Shown: positions 26,090-37,676, numbered from the whole stretch's first letter. The stretch: DNA of 63,766 nucleotides, filler included, from Choristocarpus tenellus KU-1152 (GCA_964200185.2; 13 parts of 13 records of this genome joined end to end with filler, not necessarily neighbours in it), one strand, 5' to 3'. Notes: generated from the sequence alone by a model not told the origin. Numbers and translations: made by a program.

Positions 26090-26777
26090 GTGGGAGGGGG
26101 GGGGGGGTATTTTTCTAATTTTATTTTTTGGCAATTATTTTTGAAAAAAAGATTAAAATATATATATTTTTTTATATTCATATGCATGTTGTGGGCGTAT
26201 TGAGTTTTGGGGGAGGGGAAAAGATTGGGAAGAAATGGTTGTTTCTTTTTTTGTTTTGTTTTTTTTGAAGAAATTTCCTTCATTTTGTTTGTTTTTCTTT
26301 TTTGTAAGATTATTTATTGTTGGGTTTTAAAAAATATAAAAATTGATCAAGTCTCTCTCTCTCTCTCTCTCTCTCTTGCTTTTGTCCTACATCTTGAGCA
26401 ACAGAGAAACCTCTTCGCCAGAAGGGTAGCAAGTAGATTCCTCAGGACGGCCTTGCGAATTCGTTAAATCATTTCTGTTCTGAAAATATTTTCTACATGA
26501 GGCACGGAGTACTTTGAAGCATTGGAAGACCTTGGAGAGAATCCCGGTCCCTTATTTACCCAGTGGTTTGGTCACCTTACCACCTAACCCTTGACATTAG
26601 CCTTTTTATGTCATCCCCGATAATGAGTAAGGGTTAGGGCTAGGGCTAGCGCCCTCCATATCCGAGGTTCTTTTTGTAATGGTTCTAGATGGAATCGTTG
26701 GAGGTGTTCTTTCTTTTTTATTGAAGCGACTTGCGTGTCGGTTACATTTCTTTTTTATTTTATTTTATTATATTTCA

Positions 26778-26956
26778 GGGTCAAAGTATCTGGGGGGGGG
26801 TGTTGGCATCCGTTTTTCACCCTTTTTTCTATTTTCACTTTTTTGGTGTGATTTGGTCGCACGTGTCGGATTTGAAATGTCAGCAATAAAAAGAGATGTT
26901 AGACCGAAACGGACGCCCCCTCGCAAACCACACAACCCCCCCAGATACTTTGACCT
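26778..26956. mobile_element. MITE family A variant with both TIRs
   Basis: GGTCAAAGTATCTGGGGGGG...CCCCCCCAGATACTTTGACC, internal TCCGTTT and AAACGGA. TSD not evident. Confidence 0.8.
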
Positions 26957-27840
26957 ATAGGCCAGTTCGCATCATAAAGTAAACCATTTCCTGGGGCAAC
27001 CATTCCAGTGAACGCTTGAACTACAATAGATTTCAGTAAGTAGCAAGTGTGTCCGAAGGACAGTTTCAACTATTATTGCACAACTTCAGTTATATAGACC
27101 GTTACGCTTACTCCAATCATAAAAGCATTTTTTCCAGGCACGACCAGCCATCTACTCAGAATATATCCTATTCAACTAGAGCTCTGCTGCTGCTGCTCAA
27201 CTGAAAATGTGAGTAGACCAGCTTCTATCTCCGAGAATATAGAGTAGCTGACCTAAACATATCGATCTGTACACTCCAAGTATATGCCAATACAAGCTCT
27301 ATACACCACCATCACATCATGTAATGATAAACATGGGCGTCAGTTGACCTTCTGAGCTGTCAAGACTTGCTTGAGTGTCGGAATACAAGATACTCAAATA
27401 TATATATAACATACAGTGGACCTCGTACAGAACAACAGTGGGATTGAGGTTGTTGCAGCTTCCACAGCTACCTGGTTAGAATTCGATTGGGGACAGTATA
27501 GGGCACCTTAGTAGTACAGTGAGTAGGTAGGTGTGCTTTGAATGGAATTTGTGTGCTCAAACCCATCCATGTCAAACTTCATTTTCACAGAAATCTGGGT
27601 CTGGTTATATTAACTCCCTAAACCTACGGACTGTAGTGCTATGCCACAAAATCCACGACCAGGAACGAGGCGGAAATAGTCCATTACCGAGCTACTCAAA
27701 GGTGGATCCAGCACAATGTTCGGAGGAGTTAGATGAAGCAACGAGTAGAGGGAAGGCTGAACCTAACGCGCGAGAGGCAGGAAACGGACGGGTACTGTAC
27801 AGTTAGTGGCAGTGCAAAAGTTATGATCCATAATTAACTA

Positions 27841-28814
27841 CTACCTCCATGCCATAATAAGTCTGTGCGGCGTTGTCCATAAACTTTTCAAGATGATGGA
27901 ATTTATTTCTCGAAGAAGATTTGGAATCTTTCACGAATTTCTGGTTAGGGTCAGCTCTTTTCATTATTACTCCCCATCCATCACAATTTTTTCAGCCACA
28001 GAAAAAGCCTCCATGTCTACCTTCGGCGTGTTTTCAACCTCACCGCACAACTGCCTCTACCTTACCCCTGTGTACTCCATACTGAAGTCATTCCCCCCTT
28101 TGTATCTAAGTGCTTGATTGTACACCACAAAACGGAGTTCCCAAGCCCTCTCAAGTGTAGTTTTATCATACTCCTGAGTCAAAGTGTCTTAGAGGGGAAA
28201 GCCGCGTCCATATGGGGTCCAAAATACAATGTTGCGATCTTGATGTAATTTTGGCTATTGTGTTTGTTAGGAAGTGCCAATATCCTTGTTCCGGGCACAC
28301 CGTTTCATAACGTATACATTTTATCTATCCTAAAATATCATGGTAAGCCAAGCCCCAGATGGACAAGCAGGAGAAAACCCGTACCCTCTACGATACTTTC
28401 AGACTCCTTATTATACTGTTTCTTGATGACCTTCACCATCTCCTCGACGGAACCAAACAACTCCACCATCACCCAGCATTTCAAAGACCTGAAGAAGCAC
28501 AGGTCCATGATATTGAGGTCTGGGGAGTTAGATGGCTGCGTCACAACCCTAATCAACCACCTTTCAGTCTTCCCTGCCCCTAACAATTTCCGAATTGCCC
28601 TTGCCCGTGTGGGGTGGTACCATCTTGCTAAACGACAACGTGCTTCCCCTGCAACCAAGGCATATTGGTCTTGATTGCAGGCAGCAACTCCTCCGTGTAC
28701 CACTTCCTGTACCACAAATGGTCTAAAGTACACTCCTGCTCATACACATTCCCCTTTTTATGGTTCTTGCTTGTCCTGTGTGCCGCTTTCGGCGCACACA
28801 TACGCCAAGCACCA
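27841..28814 (-). mobile_element. Second degraded DD39D-like mariner copy, interrupted by MITE B and MITE A
   Basis: Collinear with 20495-21125. QPSNSPDLNIMDLCFFRSL motif; terminus TA|CTACCTCCAT. Confidence 0.88.
28176..28404. mobile_element. MITE family B inside mariner transposase, TSD TCCT
   Basis: TCCT|GAGTCAAAGTGTCTTAGAGGG...CCCTCTACGATACTTTCAGAC|TCCT. The paralogous site near 20719 is empty. Confidence 0.85.
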
Positions 28815-28858
28815 GACCCAAAGTATCTGGGAGGGGGGGGGGGTCTACACCAAGGTGT
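28815..28858. mobile_element. MITE family A left end inserted in mariner, truncated by contig end
   Basis: GACCCAAAGTATCTGGGAGGGGG...TCTACACCAAGGTGT. Confidence 0.8.
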
Positions 28859-29035
28859 NNNNNNNNNNNNNNNNNNNNNNNNNNNNNNNNNNNNNNNNNN
28901 NNTTAATTAATTAANNNNNNNNNNNNNNNNNNNNNNNNNNNNNNNNNNNNNNNNNNNNTTTTTTGTGTGGTTACTTGGGGCGGGAATTTTAGTGCCCTTT
29001 GCCGGGCGCGGGGCCCACAGGGGACCCTGGGGGGG

Positions 29036-29071
29036 CCCCCCCCCCCCCCCCCCCCCCAGATACTTAGGGTC
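29036..29071. mobile_element. MITE family A right end
   Basis: Poly-C + AGATACTTAGGGTC. Confidence 0.7.
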
Positions 29072-29537
29072 TGTAAATGTAGTTATGGCAACGGGTCAGT
29101 CACCTCTCCAAGAACCTACGAACTTTTTCTCAGGCCTTTATCCATTCTGCCGCGGAGTGAAGGAACACAAACCTACCCAAACAAGAAGTTTCCTCAAAGT
29201 AGATGAGACAGCAACTGCTTGGAGTGACCAAATTTCCTAAATTGTTTCTCACTATTGTTTGAGATAGGACAGTTGGCAGGCTGACTGGAGGACAATGGAA
29301 AGTCACCTTCACTTAAGCGACTCGATACGATAAAATCCTTTCGCTATTAATACTCTACCATACATCCTCTCATCTGCCAACAACCTGTTTGGTATTGTCT
29401 GGCGGGACAGCACTGGCTTCCCGTTCTACATTATTGGTCTTCAAACTAACCCCATTCCCTGTTTCAAACACTGTCTCAACACAGAAATTCTCTCAACTTC
29501 TGTGCTGCAAGGCAAGCAAGAAATGTACCAAAGATTG

Positions 29538-29716
29538 GGCTCAAAGTATCTGGGGGGGGGGGTGGCAGCTGTCCGTTTGGGGTCAATTTTTCATGTCATG
29601 ATTTTTAGGTGATTTGGTTGCATATGTCTGATGGATAATGTAAATGTGCACTTTTCCTGATTTTGCCCCAAACGGACACCCTGGTGTAGACCCCCCCCCC
29701 CCAGATAATTTGGGTC
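29538..29716. mobile_element. MITE family A, complete (179 bp), TSD ATTG
   Basis: ATTG|GGCTCAAAGTATCT(G)n..GTCCGTTTGGGG...CCCCAAACGGAC..(C)nAGATAATTTGGGTC|ATTG. Confidence 0.88.
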
Positions 29717-30088
29717 ATTGACAAACCGATTTCGAACATCAGTTGCAAATGTTAGGTTTAAAGCAATGCGTCCTCGTAACATGCCTAAAGAATAGGTCTC
29801 TAAACGAGGTTGTGGAGGGACATAACTGTGAAATGAAGAGAAGTTGAAGTGGTAGTGACAAACAAGTCAACGACCGTTTTTACACAGAGGCAAAGATGAA
29901 TCAAGACGAGACGATGAAACCAAGTACCATGAAGACATGGCCTGGGCGTTGTGAGTGCACTCTCTTGAACTATTTTCTGTCTAGATGGAACCATCACCAG
30001 TAAATGTAGGGACTAGTAACTCAGGTGTAGCCCTTTACCCGTGTTATGTTGTTTCTGCCTTCCTTCTCTTTTGCTTATCCATCTGCAG

Positions 30089-30310
30089 GAGGCCAATATG
30101 CTTCCCACCGTTCTTGCATCACAACCCAGCACCCTCAATTCAAGAACAATCCCATCCCTTTGGAAAGAAGGAATGGATATGAACTTTCCAAAACTTGAGG
30201 TTGAGGTGCTTCCGTGCAGCAGTCGTGGCATTTTCGGTTTCATGCAAGTGTACTGCCACACAAACATGACCGTGTCCAAGCCACAGTGGGTTGTGGTGAT
30301 GGAAAGTAAG
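30089..30310 (+). CDS. Candidate internal exon of an unidentified protein
   Basis: Pyrimidine tract + CTGCAG acceptor, open frame EANMLPTV...PQWVVVMESK, good donors GTAAGG or GTGAGC. No family recognised. Confidence 0.4.
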
Positions 30311-32732
30311 GTGAGCGAGGAGTACACCTTGGGAAAGATCAGCCAGATGAAGGCAGGGAAGGTTAAGTAAGCATTGTTGTATGCATATTTTTTTTGCTGT
30401 AGTTGGACTTCGAAAACATATGTTTCTTGTACTGGTTGGATGATGACTCTCTATCAGGACCTACTATATTAATGGTGAACTCTTACAGTACGTGTAGTTA
30501 TGAGTTTCCTTCACAATTACACACATATGCTTGACACTCCAAGTACACTGAAGGATGTAGCTGAGCTAGTTATATTATTGTCAACTAGCGCAGGTACTCC
30601 ACTACACTAATGCATGCAGTAGCCTTGTCGCCTGCCACTATGAAATGCTCCACATTCTAGGATCTACAAATTACAAGATGAATGTTCGTCCAACCATGCA
30701 CCATGGTTAATATATATATATATATGTATGGACATGCCATTAAATAGGAGAACAAGTGTTGTCCTTTAGCATCTGGTACAAAGTTTATGCGCCCCCTAGT
30801 CAAAGAAGGTATTAAGCATGTCTACTGTTGTACCATATACATATTTTCTGCACTATACTGAAACGCTTTTGTATGCAAAAACTGGCTCTTAATAACGGCC
30901 AAATAATGCTCTTTATATGCTGTGTTACTGCACATATAGTGAATTAACAGGGATTACAAAAAACATTCATATCCCAGGCCAGCTGATATTTGGCGAGGTA
31001 GTGCTTGCTTGTCTTGATACCTTATATTGATGAGGACTAAGTCACCCCAAGGAGATAGGGGGTGGGAGGAGTCGAGGAACCCTCCTTCTGTGTTCAAGAA
31101 GTCCGTTGTGGGTGCTGACACTATGTTATGCCCCTTTGGCATTTGCTGTCAACTGTGCCTCTTCTCTCTTCTGGGTATTATAAATAATTTTGTTTTCATC
31201 TATGCATGAGGGGTTTAGAAGACCATGTGGATATGTGCAGCAGAGCCTTTCTTGGCAAGAGTGGTATCGGATAGGTGTGCATACACTCAGAAGGTATGTA
31301 TCCTCTAGCAAGAAATGTTCCATATGAACAAAACCTGGGTCAATGGTCTTTCCTCAAACCCATCAGAGGCAAGCCTATCTTTCTTCGAAAAAATCGGAAA
31401 GATACCTTTTCCGGGCCGACCTTGGACACCCTCAACACTAACCAGTGAGAGCTAGGCCAAAGTGCAGAGTACGATTTCGTCGGTTTGAGGGGGACAGAAA
31501 ACCGCCGGGGAGAAGGGAAAAGACATAATCGCGGTGAAGAACTAGCCGCAAAAAAAAATCTTACAGGAAAGAGTGCTCCAAAAACCGACAATAATCGAGG
31601 ATACTCACAAAACAAGCGATTTTGATTTTGCATGGCAGTGCTATTCTTTTAAGTTGTACTTAAGGCACTTCAAGAAATAAATAACCGTGCCCACTCTGTA
31701 GCAGGCTGCCAAAACCCACCCAGTGTTCAAGTCTTGCAGACAAACGGGGAGAAGGGGGGTGTGGGGGAAGAGGGCTATTTACAAATNNNNNNNNNNNNNN
31801 NNNNNNNNNNNNNNNNNNNNNNNNNNNNNNTTAATTAATTAANNNNNNNNNNNNNNNNNNNNNNNNNNNNNNNNNNNNNNNNNNNNTGATGATGAGTTGG
31901 AATGCCCAATAAATAAATGAACACTAACAACCAGTGCAGTGCACCAATCAACAGTCAGTACAAGCTGGTAGATGTGTATCATATCAACAAGAAACAAATG
32001 AGTAGCCTATGTTTTAACAGCCTCTTCTTCATTTTGTATATCCAAATTTATGTCTTCATCAAATTCTGACTCTCCAAGTATGTCTAGCTCTGGCTCCTCC
32101 ACTAACTCCAGCACCATGGCTTCAGGCTGGAAAGTCACCTGTACTGAGGTCACCAGCTTGTCTTCCTGCGGGATCCACACGTGCCAGCATAATGACGCTC
32201 TGTCAGGTCCAATAATGATCCCCCGCTTTGCATATGGGTGGAACTTGGCATTAGCGCCGCGCTGTTGCTTGGTTTGATGTATAAAACACTCTGTCCCAAA
32301 TACTCAAAGCCGATTGTAGTTGAATGGCTTATTATTCAGACGCTCGTATGGTGTCTCACCTCCTAGGTACTCGTGCGGCATGCCAGTGGTCTTATATGTG
32401 GCATCTGCTACCGCGAAGAACCATAATTCCTCCCCCAGGATTGAAGCCTATCATAATTGAATGTCTTGTACATCCTCTTGTTGAGTGAAGTCCTGTGCCA
32501 CCAACCTGGCCTTGAACTGTTCAGTGGTCCCCTCAGCTGTTGGCTTTGTCTTTAATTAAGATTTAGTCTTGACAGGATTTCTTCCACATGTCAAAACCTC
32601 TCTCCCTCTATGAATGTTCCTTTCATCCATTGTTGCTCCAGGATGTGCACTGGGTACCTGGTCTAGTTAATTCCTCCGCCTCTTTAGACGGTGTCGCTCT
32701 CCTCTGGCGAGAAATGATCCGAAGGTTTTCTT

Positions 32733-33026
32733 TGTGTCAGCCTGACTATCTGCTCGGTAGCTCAGGGGTTTACTAGTGATTCAATAAACGCTACTCTCGT
32801 GGGATTGAATCTCGCCGAGGTAACATCCGTCAAAAGGGTAGAACACGCCGCCAGGATACATAACCTCACGTTAGTAAATACCCCGCCGATGCCGGTCACT
32901 GATTAGAGGGATAGCAACCCTCGGGCGAAACCTCAATAAGTCTAGCAACTTACGATCCCCCGGAGTAGCTTTTTTTCAAGACTGACTGTCTGCTCGGTAG
33001 CTCAGGGGTTTACTAGTGTTTCAACA
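32733..33026. mobile_element. Probable solo LTR (294 bp) inserted in copia gag
   Basis: TG...CA ends, flanks TTCTT and TCCTT. Absent from homologous copies near 36290 and 53965. A direct repeat of about 36 bp lies near both ends. Confidence 0.65.
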
Positions 33027-33547
33027 TCCTTTACCTCCATAATTATAGAATATTCCTTCGAAAGAACCAAGGACCAATATGCTTCATCAGTCCACAGTTT
33101 AAACTCCTTCTGTAGGTCCTGATCTCGTCTCTGGTAGGGGATCCTGTTGTGATATGGTCCTTACGCTAACCATTTGTACCTTGTCCGCCTCCTCTGCTGA
33201 CCTTCTGTTTTTCTCTTCCACGAGTTTATGGTCCCAGAGGCTAGAGTGCTCCCAGGCTCCCCGAGGTTAACTCCTCCTTTCTTTCTGGTGGAGGCTTAGT
33301 TACTGATTGTATCATATCCCATGTCTGCTTAGCCTCCAGCTTCCCATTTCTGTTGAAGGTGCAGGTCCACTTTGTTGGGACGACAATGATGATACTATTG
33401 CCCGTTTCAGCTTCCTGTAGCTTATATCGGGTCTTGCGATGAACTTCACGGGTATCTCGTCCTCTGTTGAGCTGTACCGGGATCTAATCCTCCACACATC
33501 TTCCGGTGAGCTGCACGGGGATCTCTTGTCCTCCGTGCGTCCTTTGT

Positions 33548-33843
33548 TGAGCTGCATGGGGATCTCTCGTCCTCCACATGGACACATCTGCGCAAATATC
33601 TACAGTATGCTGTCCCTGATGCCAATGATCAGAGCTCCTTTCTTTCTTGTCGAGCTGCATGGGGATCTCTCGTCCTTCTCACGGACACATCTGCAAATAT
33701 CTACAGCATGCCTGTCCCTGATGCCAATGATCAGAGCTCCTATCTTGTCAAGCTGCATGGGGATCTCTCGTCCCTCCACACGGACACATCTGCAAATACC
33801 TACAGCATGCTGTCCCTGATGCCTATGATCAGAGCTCCTTTCT
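33548..33843. repeat. Tandem repeats of about 100 bp (about 3 copies) within copia gag
   Basis: GAGCTGCATGGGGATCTCTCGTCC..GGACACATCTGC..TGTCCCTGATGCCAATGATCAGAGCTCC. Shorter related units at 33440-33547 and 36825-36930. Confidence 0.85.
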
Positions 33844-34415
33844 TGGCATGATTTTGGCTGCCTCCAGCTGCTCGTACTCTTGTCCAGATATGATCGAGAC
33901 GAATAACGAAATCTGCAGTGTCCTCCACTGACAAGCAGTACATGTCGCACAATTTCATCTCTGGAGCTATGAGCTGCATGGGCCGCTGAACAGTAGCGCG
34001 CCCCCCATAGATCTGCCCTAATTCGAGACAGGCTGCCCTACTGTCGGGGCTGCCTCCTCTCGCACGTGTTGACCATACAACCTGACCACCATAGCTGCAG
34101 CACCCCTCGTGGCATGTCCCAGCAGGAACCACAAGACTTCGTGATGCCTGACGTATTCATCGTACGCGCAGCGTTCCTTGAATGATGTATCAGCTGTGGG
34201 AGGTGCAGGAATGCGGTATGCTGGTTGTAGGATGCAGTACAGCCTCTTGCCGCCCGCATAGCTCACCAGCGCCATACGCAATTCTGCCCACTTCTCCCTT
34301 GTATGCCCCCGCGCTCCACTCCATAGTGGCAGCATACAGAGGTCCGCTTATATACCAATGAGCATAACCTATAGGTTAGATTTCCCTGGCGAAGGGGAAT
34401 CGTGTGAGGTCTATA

Positions 34416-35021
34416 TGTGCAATTTTACCTTGGGAGGTAATGCTATTTGTTAGTAGTGAAGATAAGAAGGTGTAGAGCCTCACACGACCCCCTTTGCTGA
34501 ACGTGATTACATTATTGATATTAGAAGAGTGACCTTTGTGTGGTATCTTCTCATTGCTTGTTTGTTATTTATTTGTGCTTCCTATCTAAGTCAACGGTTA
34601 TGTAAAAGTAGTTGAATTCGGAATAAATACCAATACATAATCCCATACATAATCCGGATGTACTAGAGTGAAAGTATCTTAGAGGGTACGAGTTTTGGCC
34701 TGTTTGTCCATTTGGGTCTTGGCTTCCCATGGGTTTTTTAATGACATTTTCCTACTCCAAAAGGTTTTGGAGTGTATAAAATGTGTATGTTATTAGAAGG
34801 TGTGTCCAGAACATCGACATTAACACTTCCTAAACACACACAATAGCCAAAATTACATCAAAATTGCAACATTGTACTTTGGCCCCCAAATGGACGCGGC
34901 TGCACCCTCCAAGATACTTTGGCTCACTATCTCATTAGTTACATCATCACATGGACTCAATTCAACACAACAATCTCATATACACAAAAAGGTACACCTC
35001 ACTATTGTCCTATTTTGCACA
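34416..35021 (-). repeat. 3' LTR (contains MITE B)
   Basis: Aligns to 37187-37526 once 34666-34929 is removed. Preceded on the minus strand by a polypurine tract. Confidence 0.9.
34666..34925. mobile_element. MITE family B, complete (260 bp, opposite orientation), TSD ACTA
   Basis: ACTA|GAGTGAAAGTATCTTAGAGGGTA...CCCTCCAAGATACTTTGGCTC|ACTA. Empty site GATGT-ACTA-TCTC in the sister LTR at 37433-37436. Confidence 0.95.
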
Positions 35022-35030
35022 CTCCCCCAT
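35022..35030 (-). promoter_or_regulatory. Polypurine tract of the copia element
   Basis: ATGGGGGAG immediately before the TG of the 3' LTR on the minus strand. Confidence 0.75.
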
Positions 35031-37175
35031 GAGAGTGCAGGCAATGAAAAGTTGCTGGAACTCTCAAACCTAAAACAACTTATTGTGTACACTCCTCATT
35101 CTGCACACTTGCCATGAAAATGGAAGTAAAAGACGTCAGATTGGTTCAATTCTCACACACATCACATTTATCTTGTCAACGCAATAAAAGAACGCAAATT
35201 ACTTCAAGTTGAACACACGACATTCATCTAGTCAACACAGTGTCTACAAAGTCTTCTATCTGCTTCTTGCATAATCTTTTGGTCAAGATGTCTGCTGGTA
35301 GTAGTGTTGTGGGTATATACTTCACTCTAAAAAAAATACTTTATTGACATACTCCCGGGTGCATTTCAGCTTGATGTCGACATGCCTTGTTCTTCCGTTG
35401 AAGCCTTCAGTTATTGCTGCTTGAATCACACCTCGATTGTCTCCATACCAAACCGTGACCCCTTTGAGTATGCCCAGCTCCCCCAGGATGCCTCTGAAGA
35501 ATTTTGCATGCCTCATTCCATGCATCATCGCTGTTCATTCTGCCTCTGATGAAGATGTGGCTACAGCTCCTTGCATCTTGGATTTCCATGCAATTGGTGC
35601 TCCATTCATGAGTATCAGATACCCTGTCACACTCCGCCTTGATGCAGTGTCATTGGCCCAGTCTGAGTCTCCATACCCAACCAGGTCCCCATTGTCCATT
35701 TCACCACCAGCAGGATAGTGTATCCCTACTTTTGTGGTGCCCGCCAGGTATTGCAGAACATGTTGTGTAATCCTTTCCAGTGTCGATCACATGGGGATGC
35801 TGCATATCTTCTCAGTTCCCGCACACTGTTGGATAGGTCTGGTTGTGTCATCCCGGCTAAGAATATAAGTTTCCCCAGGATGGTGCAGTAAGGTTTGTAC
35901 CTCTCGAACAGCTCCTCCTCGTCAGTTCTTCTTTGGTCAGGTCCATTCATGAGTTTGAAATAGTCCCCCTTTACTGCTCTTGTCCTGTTGACGTAGCACT
36001 CACTCCCCCAGGCTTGAAGCCTATCAAAATTGAATGTCTTGTACATCCTCTCGTTGAGTGAAGTCCTTTGCTAACAACTTTCCTCGCCAGGGTGCCTCTG
36101 ATATGGAAGATGGTTCTTCATGGTCTGGAATAGATATTACTTCCTTCCCAGACTTACAAGTCTTGTACAGGCAGCCCTTTGCCGACAAGCCTTCCTCCGG
36201 TTTTATTTTCTGGCTCCAACCCTGGTCCAACTAATTCATCCGCCTGTTAAGACGGTGTCGCTCTCCTCTGGCGACAAACTATTTGAAGGTTTGCTTTACG
36301 TCCACAGTTGTAGCATATTCCTTCAAAAGAACCAAGGACCAATGTGCTTCACCAGTCCACAATATAAACATCTTCTGTTGGTCCTGATCTCGTCTCTGGT
36401 AGGGGACCTTGTTGTAATATAGTCCGTACGTTGACCAGTTGTACCTTGGCCGACTCTTCCGCTGACCTTCTGTGCTCTCTTCCATGAGTTTATGGTCCCA
36501 GCGGCTAGAGTGCTCCCAGGCTCCCCACGGTTAGGCCTCCTTTCCTTTCTGGTGGAGGCTTAGTTACTGCTCTTGCTAATGTCCTGCTCCCCTAGTGGCA
36601 GGTACAGCAATTGCTTTTCTCATTCCGTAAGCAAGAATCTTGGGGTCCCCAATCGAGGGGCGTAATCTTCTTGACCTCCAGTTCTTGCTCATACCATATC
36701 TCATGTCTTCTTAGCCTCCAGCTTCCATTTGTGTCGAAGGTGCAGGTCCACTTTGTTGGGATGACGATGATGATACTATTGCCCGTTTCAGCTTCCTGTA
36801 GCTTATATCGGGTCTTGTGATGACCTCCACGGGTATCTCGTCCTCCGCACGTCCTCTGTTGAGCTGCACCGGGATCTAGTCCTCCGCGCGTCTTCTGTTG
36901 AGCTGCACGGGGATCTAGTCCTCCGCACATCCTTTGTTGATTCCTCTTTGCAGTTCCAGTGTGATATTCGTTCCTGTTCCGTTAGTGTCTCCATGAGTTC
37001 AGGACGACGTATCTTCACCGCACAATGTCTTATAGACCCTTTCGCTGGCATAAACCACCAGATATAATCTCCATTTGTCCAAGTCTCCACTGATCGTGCT
37101 GGTGCTCCAGTCCAGTTGGGCAAATTCTTCATGTCGCTCGGGCCTATCACCTGATCCTTTTCTCCTTACTACGGA

Positions 37176-37186
37176 GGTTCATAATC
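37176..37186 (-). promoter_or_regulatory. Primer-binding site, half-tRNA-iMet type (degenerate)
   Basis: GATTATGAACC directly after the 5' LTR ...GCACA. Resembles the GGTTATG(A/G)GCC PBS of Drosophila copia-type elements. Confidence 0.6.
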
Positions 37187-37526
37187 TGTGCAAATTTACC
37201 TTGGGAGGTAATGCTATTTGTTAATAGTGAAGATAAGAAAGTGTAAAGCCTCACATGACCCCCTTTGCTGAACGTGATTACATGGTTGAAATTAGAAGAG
37301 TGACCTTTGTGTGGTGTCTTCTCATTGCTTGTTTATTATTTACTTGAGCTTCCTATCTAAGTCAATGGTTATGTCAAAGTAGTTGAATGCGGAATAAATA
37401 CCAATACGTAATCCAATACATAATCCGGATGTACTATCTCCTTAGTTACATCACATGGACTCAATGCAACACAATAATCTCATATACACAAAATAGGTAC
37501 ACCTCACTATTGTCCTATTCTCGACA
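37187..37526 (-). repeat. 5' LTR (340 bp)
   Basis: TG...CA ends, homologous to 34416-35021. Confidence 0.9.
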
Positions 37527-37676
37527 CTATAGACTACCTAGCCTATATTGCACACCTTCCACCCTTTTCGACTCTTTCACCCCTTTACAATAGTAGTCCT
37601 CACTTATTGACCTCACCTCAACTCTTACAAATCTGCGTTCTAGTACACCCTGCAAAGGCAGAATTTTCATCGAAGC

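Larger units (their letters stand above)
32020..34370 (-). mobile_element. Degraded Ty1/copia internal region (gag, zinc-knuckle remnant, RT and integrase fragments)
   Basis: PBS-like GGTTATGC near 34363-34370. Gag-like VLWFLLGHATRGAAAMVV and DSRAACLELGQIYGG (33850-34335). RT FKARLVAQDFTQ (~32480-32520). Integrase/SH3 LGEELWFFAVADATY..ETPYERL..PFNYNRL*VFGTECF..KRGIIIG..VTSVQVTF (32130-32445). Confidence 0.85.
34416..37526 (-). mobile_element. Structurally complete non-autonomous Ty1/copia LTR element with 5-bp TSD CTATA
   Basis: LTRs 37187-37526 and 34416-35021 (the latter carries a MITE), TG...CA ends, CTATA at 34411-34415 and 37527-37531. RT C-terminus PYCTILGKLIFLAGMTQPDLS..HWKG. RNase H LVGYGDSDWANDTASRRSVTGY..APIAWKS..GDNRG..RTRHVDIK..ADILTK. 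Confidence 0.92.
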
